The notes below the pieces were generated by a model. That model did not search any database. It worked only from the letters and a program-made list of their open reading frames with translations, and had not been told where the DNA came from. A DNA stretch of 64,000 nt from contig OZ024740.1 of the NCBI GenBank assembly GCA_964016885.1, positions 221,340,001-221,404,000 on the forward strand, given 5' to 3'. The DNA comes from Eledone cirrhosa. Taxonomy: Eukaryota. Positions 28,316 through 41,770 of the stretch are shown here, one piece after another. The translations under genes were made by a program, and so were the position numbers. Position 1 is the stretch's first letter. The number at the start of each line of letters is the position of its first letter.

Positions 28316-30212
28316 ATATAGATATGAAATATACTTGAACAATTCCCTACCGATCTTTTTAATCTAATTTAGTTACATATTTTCACTAGAAACATATATC
28401 GAATCTATTAGCTTATCTACATTAAAATTCTTATTACAATATTATATTATTGTATTCTCGTGTTCTAAATAATAGGGGGTGGGGTAGATAAGCAGGGGAG
28501 GGTTGGAAAATCAGTAATTTTTCTAGGTTGTCGCCTTTGATTTAAAAAAAAAACCAGAATTAGTCGTTTAGTTTTCATATTGAGACCCCAACCCATCCTG
28601 TTTATTTTATGACGCATGGGATTTCTTGTAATATTGTTTTGTTATGTATGATATTTTTAATGTCTACAGAAAATAAGCGGGGATAGGGACGATTATTCGA
28701 GACCCGAGAGTACCTGTTTGGGTTTACATAGCAGCTGCATAGCGTGTACACCTCAGAGAAGTGCATTACTGAACCTTAAAGGATCACTCTTCCATACATA
28801 TTTGTATAATGAAACTAAATATATAATAAATTCCTGCATAGTAGCGTTGGAGAGGGTGGTATAAATTTCTGACCTATAACATGATTTGGTGTTGCTGAGT
28901 ATGAACTGTGTAGTAACAAATTGAGGCTTATTAATTTTCTTAGTGTGATCAGAGAAAGAAGTGTAAAAATTAGGTTTGTCAGCTTGCTAAACTGTAATTT
29001 GAAATTATTTTATTTGGGAGAATAACTGGGATAAGGAGACATACATTGTTGGACTCACCTAGGTGTTAAATACCCAGGCGTCAACCATAGGTTTACAAAA
29101 ATAGGATCATTTGTTAAAACTAAATATAATGGAAGAATGGCTTAAATCACAGAAATTACTCCCACTGCTAAAATGACTGTGTCGAATTTAGCTGAGAAAT
29201 TTAAACTGGAAAGTTTTTGCTGCAAAAAAGAAAGAGATACTTTACGGAAACTAGAAATGTCTTATTGTGCTAATGATTCTATCATTGGTTAATAACTGTT
29301 TCTACTTTAGTCACAAGGCCAGCAATTACCCAGTACATTACTGGTACTTTATTTTATCGACCCCGTAAGGATGAAAGGCAAAGTTAACCTCAACACTTAT
29401 TAATGTATTCAAGTGAAATGAATCCGTTAAAGTAGAAAGATATTAGCAACGTTGATCTGTTATTATCATTACAAAGACATAGCTGATGCTAGTTGAAATG
29501 ATACTATGTAAATATCAATTTCAGTAAGGTATTAAGTATCATTAGAGAGACTATAACTCTACTAGGTTATATGTTATTTTCTCTGAGACATTAACACTTG
29601 TTGGTTTATCTATCATCGTTAAACTAATACAGACATTAATTTCCTATGTGTTGTAATTATCGTGTCAGACTACGAATATTTTCAATGTAACTGAAAGAGA
29701 AAACACCTCAGGGAGTGTTCTGCATACTAAATACCAATACGTTAAGATCTCGCATATATAATATAGCAGTCTGAAAACTTGCTATTAACTGTGCTTATAC
29801 GAGCAAATAATAGTAAAAAAAACCCTCTAAGGTGTTTTATATCTAAAGACAACAAACAAAGAAAATAATTCTAATAACAGCAATTGATCGAAAGTTTTGG
29901 ATGATATAGACAATGTAGATTTGCGAGGATTTGTTTTTAAAGCCACATGGTGAAAACAGGGGACATGTTTCGGTCTTATTCAACCTGCTCAATAAAGCAC
30001 ATTCTATTCATTTGTCATGACCCTCTCTAGAAGGAAATTATATCAGGTAATTGCTTAGATAATCTCGGTTGATTGATGTGTTTCAAACCACTACTTTACA
30101 TGTTAGACAATACTTATTTGTATATATTATACAAAATATTCTTCTGAATAATTTGCCTTCCGCCATATTGTTGATATTCATTCTCATTGTCACTACATTT
30201 CCTCTATTTCTC

Positions 30213-30381
30213 TGAGGGTCGACTGAAAAGTTCATAGGGTGACCAAGATACTCTCATGAGGTTTATTTTGCAACATAGTTCCTGGAAATGCAGTTATTAA
30301 TAAGAAGAGTTAAAACTAATGCATTCAAGATTTCACAGCATCATCCTAGTTAACCTATGGACCTTTCAGCCGAACCTCGTA
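30213..30381. mobile_element. Mariner-type MITE
   Basis: TIRs gagggtcgactgaaaagttcatagg / cctatggacctttcagccgaacctcg+TA. Confidence 0.7.
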
Positions 30382-30390
30382 TATATATAT

Positions 30391-30477
<87 letters not shown>

Positions 30478-30875
30478 AGTATGTATGTATGTATATATAA
30501 GTTAAAACAATGAAATAAAAAATCAAGTCATTAGAGATATACTTCACTGCTTTACGATCGTTTCTAGATGGTGATAATACATTGTATCTATACTCAGTTA
30601 TTGATCTATGTAAGTTTACAAACTATCAGATAGAGAGAATATTTACTTACATGCATATCACCAGCTGTTTTCAAAAGCAATAATAATTTTATTCAATAAT
30701 AATTTTACTCAGAATTAGTAGCATGTTAGTATCATGTCCTTCAAATGGTAGGCCCTCCATCTCATTTTCCTAATAAATTGGTTAGTTTTTTGTATGAGTA
30801 AGAGTAGATATTCATCTTTAGATGGAATTGTAATATTCCTCAACGAAGTACCCAAATATTATTTTTCCATTACAG

Positions 30876-30964
30876 GAATTAGATAAAAAAAAAGAGCTCA
30901 ACTAAATGTTATAATCAATTATGAAAAATATATTGAAGGAGCAAAATGCACAGAAGTAGCCACT
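30876..30964 (+). other. Candidate isolated exon (open only if the A9 run is A10)
   Basis: ttttccattacag acceptor and gtaagt donor. With one extra A it gives a 90-nt phase-0 exon [30 protein letters not shown]. Product not recognised. Confidence 0.3.
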
Positions 30965-31039
30965 GTAAGTTGTGGGGTCTATTCTGCATGAAGAACTCGA
31001 TGTAATCCATATGTTGAAAATGTTGTAGGTTAAGATAAA

Positions 31040-31203
<164 letters not shown>

Positions 31204-31340
31204 TGAAATTGGAAATAGCACGGAAAATATATTTAAGTGTCTGTTTTTCTTGTTTTCCTTTCTTTGATTTGTTAAAGTGACATTATTGGCAAAATGAGAG
31301 GGACAATTCTTTTAAAAAAGAGTTATATAAAGTATATAAC

Positions 31341-31386
31341 GTATAACCGGTTTCGATGTATTAGTAAAATTCATCTTATCAAATGT
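31341..31386 (-). ncRNA. Minimal hammerhead motif with U3-A8 core
   Basis: ACAT-TTGATAA-GATG...CATC-GAAAC cg GTT-ATAC. Palindromic stem III AACCGGTT, weak stem I. Segment bounded by microsatellites. Confidence 0.65.
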
Positions 31387-31689
31387 TGAGTATTACAATT
31401 AAAAAGAGTTAATAAGAATTAAAAACTAAAAATTAAAGATTTAAAATTAAGTGTTGAGGCAAGTTTTTTTCATCTGCCTGAGAAAGAGGCTGGAAAAATG
31501 AAATCTTGTGTATATAGAGAAAGGTGTAGTCATATATATATATGTTGGTCTCTCTTAGTCTTGCCAGCTGAGTAGAATATAGTTTGCCGAGGCTAGGAGA
31601 TCTAAGACCGAAATATGACCTTTGCTTTCAATATTTAACTATAAAGACCAAATTCATTCCAATCTGAATTGTCAAAATTTTAAACACTT

Positions 31690-31925
31690 TTACACAGAGT
31701 TTTGTCTGATAATTGCTTCATGTTCCCGTAATTGGTCCAGCCAGTCGTTGTGGTGCCACTCTAGACTCTAGACGCTTTTGCAGTGAGTCCTCGTCATTGG
31801 TCTCTATTCTCCGTCATGCGTAAAAAATTTTCGGTGTTGAGACCAGTCCAATCTTTGATGTTATCGGCCCAGGATTTTCTTTGTCTGCCTCTTCTTCGCC
31901 CTTCCTCGACTGTGACCTGAAGATT
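31690..31925 (-). mobile_element. RTE-type LINE 3' fragment
   Basis: Minus strand ...TVEEGRRRGRQRKSWADNIKDWTGL..., a typical RTE C-terminus. Confidence 0.7.
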
Positions 31926-32330
31926 TTTTCCACTCTCTATGTTATATATTTCAATCTCACTCTATCATATTCAAATATTTTCATTTGCCCTCAGTGTCTC
32001 ATTAACATGTTCGAATCAGTATGTTATTATTTAGCATCCTTGTACTATGAAATAATACATAAATAGATATGTACTCATTGGTAGCATACCAAAAACTAAG
32101 CATACGGAACACATTTCGTTACACACAACATCACACGCACGGAAAAAAACAACACCTTTTTCAATATGAAGTAGATATAAATAAGCTATTGAAAGGAAGA
32201 GAAGAAGAGGGAGAAGAGGAGAGAGTACCCATGACTTTTGCAGGTATTTCCAGACTGGTGATATGGTGATAATGTTACTGCTCATGTTCAGTTTGAACAT
32301 CTGTAAATATAGATCTGTGTCTGCAGACAG

Positions 32331-32466
<136 letters not shown>

Positions 32467-32621
32467 GGATACTATTTATGGTTATGTATATACTAAAACT
32501 TTTTATAGTTATATATATTTTAAACCCTAAACAGTGAAGGTCAGTAATTTATTACTACCTTATTACCAGTAAGATAAATAGCTCAATGTAATAACATCAG
32601 TTGTTCTACAGAGCAGTTATA

Positions 32622-35600
32622 TAGAATTCACAAGAATCAAAGCTATGTTCAAACCATTTATTCACTTACAATTGTTTCATCCAAACCTAGGCTTGAAGTC
32701 TTCGGACCATTTTTCAATGTTTGTACACATGATTGACCCCCTTTCCAACGCAAGAGACATACAGATACATATGTATATATTGATGTACAGTGGAGTGACA
32801 TATATTATATCATATTATTTCCGTATATCAATTCAAATTCAATATCAAAATTAAAACCAAATTAAAACAAAATTAAAATACATTCGGCAGTTAACATAGA
32901 TAATGCAAGAGGATAGTTTGTTAGTCAGATGTAGTAGTTATTGTATGCGTTAGTTACGTGTGTCTCATTTATATATGATTATTGTGTGGCAGGGTGTTAC
33001 ATGTAATACAAGCACTTTACGTGGTAAGTAAGAGTATTATGGAGGTTGTAGTGGTAAGGTATTTTTTGTATATAATAAAAAAGTATGTGTGCAGAGAAAT
33101 AGAAATAGAAAGGAAATGTAATATATAGTTTATACATCCATCAAATAATTAACGATGATTCCGTATTGGATGTTTGATGCATTAAATTAAAATTATTTTA
33201 GATTATTGCGGCTCAGTGTTCTTTAATCCAATTTTATAGAGTAGGTTGTTTCTGCCTCGAGAATTTACATCGGTTTATTATTCGGAAGTATGTGTGTAAT
33301 TAATGGGGGGGGGGGGGGGGGGGGGTTAATGCGTCAGGGGAGGTAACTAGCTGATTTCCATAATTAAATTATTGTTCTAACATTCATTATAAGGTGTCTC
33401 AATTGAGTCCCTTATATAGACGGTTATATATTTATATTCAGTTTCCAATTTTAAACACAGTCTACTCTATCATGATGTACTAAAGGTATTTATATTAGGA
33501 TGATTACTCCCTATCATAGAGTGCTACAACTGAATATTCCATACAAGGAGCCACATCTTTATATCAAAGTTCTTTGCAAATGTAGTCTACTCACAGAACA
33601 TGTCAGGGGACCTATTAGTACTATGTCTACATAACCCCTGGTAAGTTCTGGAGCAGCGTATGGCTGTCTGCATGGCAAGGCCAAATACATATCTATGCCA
33701 GACACAAACATCCCTCATTTACAATGTCATTAATCTATCCATCAAGTTGTACTTGCATATATAACTCACTTCCCATTCATACATAATTCATTGCACTCAA
33801 CATATAGGTTATACAGCTCTCTTATGTTAATAAATTAATCTTATATATATCCAATGTTATCACTCCATACATACAAATACATTTGCATAAATAATTCATT
33901 GTCGAATCTGGTGTTTAAAGCTTACATAGACTGCATTGTATAATTACAAGTGATACCCCATGAACACCCACCCCTAGTACAACCACCCTCAACTACTATA
34001 TAATTATAAGCAGTTGAAAGTAATTCCCCAAAAGTAGGTGCTCATGGGGATATTTCTAGGGTATAAAGCTATAGACAGATGGAATGATTTGTGTTGAGAT
34101 AGGGTGGATCAGAGAGTGTGGAGTTGTGGTGTAAGGTGTGCCCTTGAGGTGTGGTGTTAGAAGTGGCGATGGGTTCAAGTCTGACATTGTTATATATTGG
34201 GTTCAACGTTTTGGAAGGAGTGTCGGAAGCGGTGCTGGCACGACGCAAACACTTCAGTCTTTTTATTAAGGAGGTTATGGTTTGAGAAGATTATAGTATG
34301 GGTCTCTAGTAGACAGAGGTTGCAGAATTTATTAGGTGGTTTGTACGATGCCGCCTTACCTATCACTTCCCATTTAAGTGTATAAGATCTATTTTTAGTT
34401 TTTAGATAGTGTATGTAGCTAGATAGTGAAGTGGAGTTGGCTAGACTGTGTTTTTTGAAAGAATGGAGGTGTGAATTGTATCTGGTTTTGAAGCAGTTCG
34501 AAGTAGAGCCTATATAGGTTTCAGAAGAGTTGCTAGTTATGACGGTGCATGAGTATATGATGTCCTTGATTAAGCATTTTTTATCTAAAGGGCAGGTTCT
34601 ATTAGATCTACAGTTACAATTATTTTGGATGTTTACCTGCCGGTTATTATGTTGTGTAGAAGTCTGGTTGCTAGTTATTGCATTTTGGCTATGGGGGTTG
34701 TCGCTCCCAGCGTTATTGCTTACACTAATGCTATTACTATTATTACTATTGATATCAGGGTTTGTAGATATAACGTTGTTTTGAAGGTTTACCTCCTGCC
34801 GTGTTTTAGTTTGTTGGAAGTAAGTATTAATTTTTCTTTTATTGCTACTAGCTATGTGGTATGCTATGTTAGGCGTGTTAGAGTAGGAGATTTTAATTGT
34901 GTTTTTGTTTATAAGACTATGGTACTTGTGGCCAGATTGGAAGTTTTTATCCAGGAGTGAGAAGAAAGCCTTAGGTAGGTTGGTAGAGACGTTTAGATTG
35001 AAATGTGGGTTGGAAAATGTATTATTTCTTCTTCTATTTTTGTTTTTTATGTCTGGTGAATGCTTCCGTTTATTGTATTTTGGTGACTTCTGTGGTGTGG
35101 GTTACGTTTGTTGCCACCCTTCGTACTAGTGTGTGTGTGTGGTTATTACTCTTATTACTATTTTTCCTTATGGACATATTGTGCGAAATAATGTTGTAAC
35201 TATGTGTTTTTGTAGGTAGGAACACGATCTCATTATTATGGCCTGATCTAGCTAATGCCTGATTATAATATTGTGAGTTTTTGCTAAATATGTTTTCGTC
35301 ATAAGATAGATTAGAGATTCTATCGGATATTCCTTTAGAGATAGAGTTTAATATTGATCTAGGGTGGTTAGACTTGGTATCTACGTAAATCAGTTTTTCG
35401 TTAGGTTTATGGAATGGTGTATATACCCTAGAGTCTAGGTAGAGGGTGGCATCTAGGAAGTTAACGTTTTTAGTGGTTTTGTCTATGGTGATACTTAGGT
35501 TATAGTTTTTGAAAGTCTTGTGCAATAGTTTTCTAGTTCTTTCTATATTAAATTTTTTTATAGTCTATAAGGAGAAGTGCATCATCATAATACTCTTACT

Positions 35601-35986
35601 TACCCACGTAAAGTGCTTGTATTACATGTAACACCCTGCCACACAATAATCATATATAAATGAGACACGTAACTAACGCATACAATAACTACTACATCTG
35701 ACTAACAAACTATCCTCTTGCATTATCTATGTTAACTGCCGAATGTATTTTAATTTTGTTTTAATTTTGATATTGAATTTGAATTGATATACGGAAATAA
35801 TATGATATAATATATGTCACTCCACTGTACATCAATATATACATATGTATCTGTATGTCTCTTGCGTTGGAAAGGGGGTCAATCATGTGTACAAACATTG
35901 AAAAATGGTCCGAAGACTTCAAGCCTAGGTTTGGATGAAACAATTGTAAGTGAATAAATGGTTTGAACATAGCTTTGATTCTTGTG

Positions 35987-35990
<4 letters not shown>
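32622..35990 (-). mobile_element. Penelope-like element, 5'-truncated, with about 410-bp inverted terminal repeats
   Basis: RT thumb VNFLDATL...PFHKPNEKLIYVDTKSNHPRSI (35070-35525), then CNCRSNRTCPLDKKCL...YIGST...RYNSH...CNLC...CQHR to about 34195. Inverted repeats 32622-33040 / 35587-35990, each with CCGAAGA-hairpin-GAAAC aatt GTA then AATAAA. Confidence 0.92.
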
Positions 35991-36059
<69 letters not shown>

Positions 36060-36066
<7 letters not shown>

Positions 36067-37175
36067 ATACTTTGGGAGGGTCATGTTGCCAATAAGAAAC
36101 ACACGCACCAGTTGCTTTCACTTCAATTTATTATATATTTATAAATTTATAAATTTATAAATTTCTGGTTGGTTGGTTGGTTGGTTCCACAACCAGATAG
36201 TTGTTTATATATAGTCATAGTTCTTTCGTCACACACTCTGTGACCTCTTCAGTGACTGGGGATTCCTTTCTTTGTTTCTGTGCCTCTCCTTTGTTCTGTC
36301 CTACGCCATTTTGTTTCTGTGTGTGTGTTGTGTGCTCAGTCTGCGCATGCGCCACATCCGGGTGTCTGTGTGTGTTTATGTTCATTTATCTATTTGTTTA
36401 TTTACATGTTACTGGTTGGTTGTTTGTTCTATGTGTGTGTGTGTTTTCATTTTGTCCTTAATTGTAAGTTGTGATGTTGCTGTTCCACTCATATTTTCTA
36501 TTTAATTTTGGTTGTAATTCTTTTATGTTTATTGCTTCTGTAATTTGTCTAAACATTGCGTCTTTTCTGTGTGTAGATTCTATTTTTATTTCTATGTTCT
36601 CTAATTTACCCTTGTGTTCTATCTTAGCATGTTGGTAGAGTACAGATGATTCTTTATTATCTTGAAGGTCTCGCCAGTGTTCATTTATCCGTTCCCCTAC
36701 ACTACGAGCTGTCTCACCTATGTACACTATATTTTTGTCTCTACATTGTCCTTCAGTACATCTTATGCTATACACTACATTTCTAGTTTTACAGTTAATA
36801 TGGGGTCTTATTTTACAGGTTACACATTTCTTATCTATACATGAGGGTCTTTGAAAAGGGTATGTCTTGCTAATAAGTGTTTTTACGGAGGTACCTGGTC
36901 TTTCTACTATCTTAATATTGAGTTTATGTTTATTTAGGGCCCTTCTAAATTTGTAAGCTAGTTCGCCTCTAGGGGTTGTATCGATGAACATTACACTCTG
37001 GTATTTATTGCTATCATACCATGAGTTTATTCTATTAGCCTTGTTCCTAGTTCTTTCTATTCTATTCCAAAATTTGCTCATGAAATTGGCAACATGACCC
37101 TCCCAAAGTATAACAATATCGGTTTCAACACACGATTTCAGATAAAGAATCTTGCTAAACAAATTCAGAAACGAA
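36060..37175 (-). mobile_element. 5'-truncated Penelope-like element (GIY-YIG) with inverted terminal segment
   Basis: CIDKKCVTC...CKTRNVVYSIRCTEGQC...VYIGETARSVGERINEH...RQITEA...PKLNRKYEW (36458-37080). Terminal motif at 36060-36092 inverted at 37086-37120. Confidence 0.92.
36213..36257 (-). ncRNA. Type I hammerhead in Penelope 3' UTR
   Basis: AGTCA-CTGAAGA-G GTCACA gagtg TGTGAC-GAAAG aa CTA-TGACT. Stems I and II are perfect. Confidence 0.88.
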
Positions 37176-37213
<38 letters not shown>

Positions 37214-37269
37214 ATGTATGTAAAAGGTAAACAGAATTAACAACACAATCGGTACAGTATATGGAAGGT

Positions 37270-37569
37270 ATATATTAGGTTAACGTTTGATATAGCAGGA
37301 AGAGGGTCTTAACGTTTCGGACGCTAGTCCTTCATCAGAAGAAAGAATGAGAAATAAAATAGATTGAGGGGACGGGCGGGATGGAATTGGAAAAAATGTC
37401 TTTAGATAAAAATAACAGGCCCATTCATGTTGACATCTCTTGCAAAGCTGTTGGTGCTGGCGTTTTGTGTATGATTTATTTTTTAGAAAAGTGGATGATG
37501 GAGCGCGTCTACCTGAAATGGAAAAAAAAACGTTTTGTAAAAAGAGCTATACTTGAGCACGTGCGTAAG

Positions 37570-37624
<55 letters not shown>

Positions 37625-39275
37625 TATAGGTCCGTACGAAGCTAAGAAGAAATATGTGTGTATATGTGAGTAAAAGTGTGTGTGTGCATGTAAGTACGAA
37701 GCTATGAGCAAAAGTTTGTTAATATAAGGGTGTGTATCGGCATGTATTAGTTGTAAGAGAAGCTGCTAATGATCAAGAGAAAGCGATAGGAATCTATGGG
37801 TGTGATAATGAACGGGGTATTAGAGAAATTTGGGGAGCTGAGTTGAGTCCAAGAGGGGAGTAGGACTCAAGGCAGTTATTCAGAATTTGTTCAGTCCTGG
37901 GGCGCGAGGCCTGTGATCCATGGTGTAAAAGGATACCCAGGACGGAAACATGTAGGGAAGAATGACCAGGAGAACAGAAATGACAGGCGACAAGAGTATC
38001 CAAACCGAGTCTGATGTCCCTCAAATGTTCGGCAAAACGGTCCGCCATACGGCGTCCCGTTTGTCCGATATATAAAGACCCGCGAAGGGAACACCGGAGG
38101 GCGGATGTGCAGGTGAAGGAATGGCGGATACGGAAAGACCCGTTAGGGCCTGTAAGAGTGGTGAGGGTGGAAATAAAGAGACAAGTGTTGCAGCTGGAAC
38201 GGGAACAAGGATGAGAGCCGGGTGGAGTCGTGGCAGAGGACGAAAAGGAAGTGTAGGTCGCGGAGGTTGCGGGCGCACTTAAAAGCTGCAATGGGTGGGT
38301 TTGGAAAAAAGCGAGAAGTGACGGGGTCAGAAGAGAGGATACGGAAGGAACGGAGGATATGTCGCCAGAATGGTAGGGTGATGGGGTGGTAGGTGAGAGG
38401 GAAAGGAACACGGGTGTTGGGAGGGCGGGGTGGGGTGAGAGAGCTGTGGTGCGGTCTGTTTCACGGGCGCGGGTGAGACCAGCTTTGATCAAGGTGGTGG
38501 TGGTGGTGGTGGGGCGGGGGGTATCCACGCTGGATGAAGCAGGAAGCCATGCGAAGGGAATGGGTTTTAAAATCGTCGTCCTGGCTACAGAGTCGACGAA
38601 GACGGAGGAATTGGGAATAGGGTATGGAGTGTTTGGTGTGGGTTGGATAGGAGGAGGTGAAGTCGAGATAAGATTGGGAGTCTCTGTTGGTTTAATGAAG
38701 ATAGAAGTAGAGAGGGTGTGGTGAGAGTGATTAATAGATAGAGAGATATATAGAAAAGCGATAGAAGGATCGGAGACGGAGGCGGTGAAATTGAGAGCAG
38801 GGTGGAAAGATTGGACAAAAGAAAGAAACAGTTGAGCTGTTCTCGTGATAGAGAGGTGGCGCCGATACAGTCGTCGATATAACGACCGTATAGCTCAGGA
38901 GTCGGTCCTGGGAGAAGATCTGGGCTTCGACGTAGCCAACAAACAAGTTGGCATAGTTTGGACCCATTCTTGTTCCCATCGCTACCCCAACAAGCTCAAC
39001 CAGACGGAGAAGAGTGCTAGTGCTGGGGTAAGGGGTAGGGCGTAAATCTAAAAAATGCTGGAGAGCGTGGAGGCCGTCATCATGATGGATGACGGTATAG
39101 AGAGAGGTGATGTACAGGGTAAAGAGAAGGCGGGAGGAACCAGGAGGGAAGGAGAAAGAGTTGAAGAGTCTAAGGGCATGATTTGTATCGTGGATGTGGG
39201 AGGGGAGATTGCCGACCAACAAGGCGAGGATGGTGTCTAAATATTCAGAAATTATCTCGGTGGGGCAGTTGCACG
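37270..39275 (-). mobile_element. Degenerate GC-rich Penelope-type element (RT + GIY-YIG)
   Basis: LLFTLYITSLYTVIHHDDGL...GVAMGTRMGPNYANLFVGYVE, RYIDDCIG in another frame, then CSRSSCNTC...FTCTS...LYIGQTGRRMADRFAEHLRDI...PLGLN. Many frameshifts and deletions. Confidence 0.92.
37307..37342 (-). ncRNA. Minimal (dimer-type) hammerhead
   Basis: TCTT-CTGATGA-A GGAC tagc GTCC-GAAAC GTT-AAGA. Loopless palindromic stem III AACGTT. Downstream of the 37794-39270 element. Confidence 0.88.
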
Positions 39276-39339
39276 CAGAAATATATATATGCTCGTATGT
39301 GGATACAACATACACACAATCTTCCGACACACAGGTGGT

Positions 39340-39407
<68 letters not shown>

Positions 39408-39549
39408 AAATTACACACTCACATAGTAAAAACAATAGAAACATCACATACACAGCCACTAACACAGACATATACAAACGTAAACACTCGTACACACATA
39501 CATACACACTCAAATACATAAAAGAATCACCTATACACACCTGCGTGTA

Positions 39550-39626
<77 letters not shown>

Positions 39627-39967
39627 TCAACACACACGTGATAATACACAGACACACATACAATCGTACACTCTCACATACATAGAAACTACAGAAAAAG
39701 TACCCCCACACACTCTCACACGTACACACACACACACAAACTATAACCTCACAGACATACACACACATACATACATACCAGTGTGCACACTTCACTTTAT
39801 AAGACTCTGGGACACCCACGTGGCCACACACACACACATAGACTGAAGCCACGCACATTACCAATTTCTTCCCTTCGAAACACACCCATGCCACTCCCAT
39901 ACCCTTCACGCTGGCCCCCTAGGCTGGACGTTTCACCCACCTCCCCCATCACCTTTTTATTTCAATG

Positions 39968-40242
39968 TATGGCCCGCAGTTCTACTGGGAAAAAGAGCAT
40001 TGCAAATTCGAGAAAAGCTCTAGAATCACTGGACAGATTTTACGGGCAAAACCAACTGGCAGCAGACCCAGGCGTAGATTCCGAGCAAAATGGTTGAATA
40101 ACATCCATGAGCTCGGCTGGTCAAGCTTGGGAATCCGGCCGGATCAGTTGGAAACGTTTGCTTCTTACATGACCCACTGGAAGGAGTGTTTGAGGATTCT
40201 GTCTCTTCTACGACCCTCTCAAGAAGAAGAAGAAGAAGAAGC
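39968..40242 (+). mobile_element. RTE-type LINE 3' fragment with (GAA)n tail
   Basis: QILRAKPTGSRPRRRFRAKWLNNIHELGWSSLGI. Same family as 61850-62475. Confidence 0.8.
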
Positions 40243-41470
40243 AGCGTATAGGTACGGAACTACTGGCATTTACATTTCTGATTTATTATCGAGAACAAAG
40301 ACTGGATAGTTTAAATATTTAATTTCGAAAGAATCAGTCGACGTACACAGCAGGAATCCTTTTAGCAACGAATTCGTTACAGAACAGAAAGTCAATAATA
40401 GTGTTATTACCAATATTTATAGAGCAATCTCGAATGTGTACAGAATTACTTCCGAATTCATGTAGAAGATCATGAATCAACTTGTTTAAACATTTATACG
40501 TTTTATTCGAATGGATATTAAAATCAATACATATTCGAAAAGACTTGTCTCAAGTAACAAGACTAACTAAAATCAAAAAGTCCAGCAAAGAAACAACAAC
40601 AAATAACGAACAAAGAAACGAAATAAAACAAAAACTGTAGCAGAAAAGAATAAGCAATAGAAACTTTATGAGACTCACTGCTGAAAAGATAAACCAGTGC
40701 AGTTATCATAGGATGGGAAGGAAGCAGGGAAACAGTACTTAAAAAAACAAACACCATCTCTACGGTATATATCTAATCAAAATAGTAACAATGTAACATG
40801 CAAAAGAATAAATCACTCCTTGTAATACATAGCCGTGTGGTTAAGAAGTTCGCTTTACAGCCATTTGTGTGTGTATATGTTTGTATGTATGTTTTTGTTT
40901 ATGCCTGTATGCATCTGTGTATGTATGTGTCTGCGTGTCTGCGTGTCTGCGTGTCTGGCTGTCTGTATGCATCTGTGTGTCTGCGTGTCTGGCTGTATGA
41001 GTGTGTCTGTATACATCTGTGTGTGTATGTGTGTGTGTGTCTGCGTGTCTGCGTGTCTGGCTGTATGAGTGTGTCTGTATGCATGGTTGTGTGTGTATGT
41101 GTGTATGTGTGTTTGTCTCTATCTATGTTCGCCAGTCAATGCTGGAGTTATGTCCCTTTACGTCAAAACCTAACCGAGCGCTTTGATAAATATATATCAG
41201 TAAAACCCGTGAAGATGGTATTCCTGCATTCAATGATTGAAACGACTAAAAGTGTCAATTGCTACTAATTAACATTTTTTTTTACGGAAGTATGAGGTGA
41301 ATCGGAAGAGTTGTTAGAGCTAGGGATAAAAATGTCTTGCAGTATTAATATCGGTTCTCTGCACTCCGAGTTCAAATCCAGCCGTGGTGAAATTTGCACA
41401 TACTCGGTTCAGGTCTATAGATTAGGGACCTTTTCTTTCCTTCTCAACAGTTCCGGAGGATCCTGTATAG

Positions 41471-41770
41471 CAGGAGTCCCCAACACCGGGCCGTGAACCA
41501 TTTGCTGGCGAGCCGCTAAGAAGCCCATCACTATTGGTGAAGAGTTGATCCTGCCTGCCGCTAAGGGCATTTGCCATGAAGTTTTAGGAGAAGTTGCAGT
41601 TAAATAGGTAGCAATGGGTCCTCTTTCACCTAGCACCATAACCAGACGAATTGATGAAATAGCGGAGGGCATTGAGGTACAATTGTTAGAGAGGATTAAT
41701 GAATCACCGGACCGTGGAGAAAATGCCTTGCATGACGCCGGCCCGTGGGCAAAAATGTTGGGGACCACTG
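41471..41770 (+). mobile_element. Internally deleted hAT (Buster/Charlie-type) transposon, 300 bp
   Basis: TIR caggagtccccaaca / tgttggggaccactg. TSD ctgtatag / ctgtaaag. Internal KPITIGEELILPAAK...PLSPSTITRRIDEIAEGIE transposase remnant. Confidence 0.88.
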
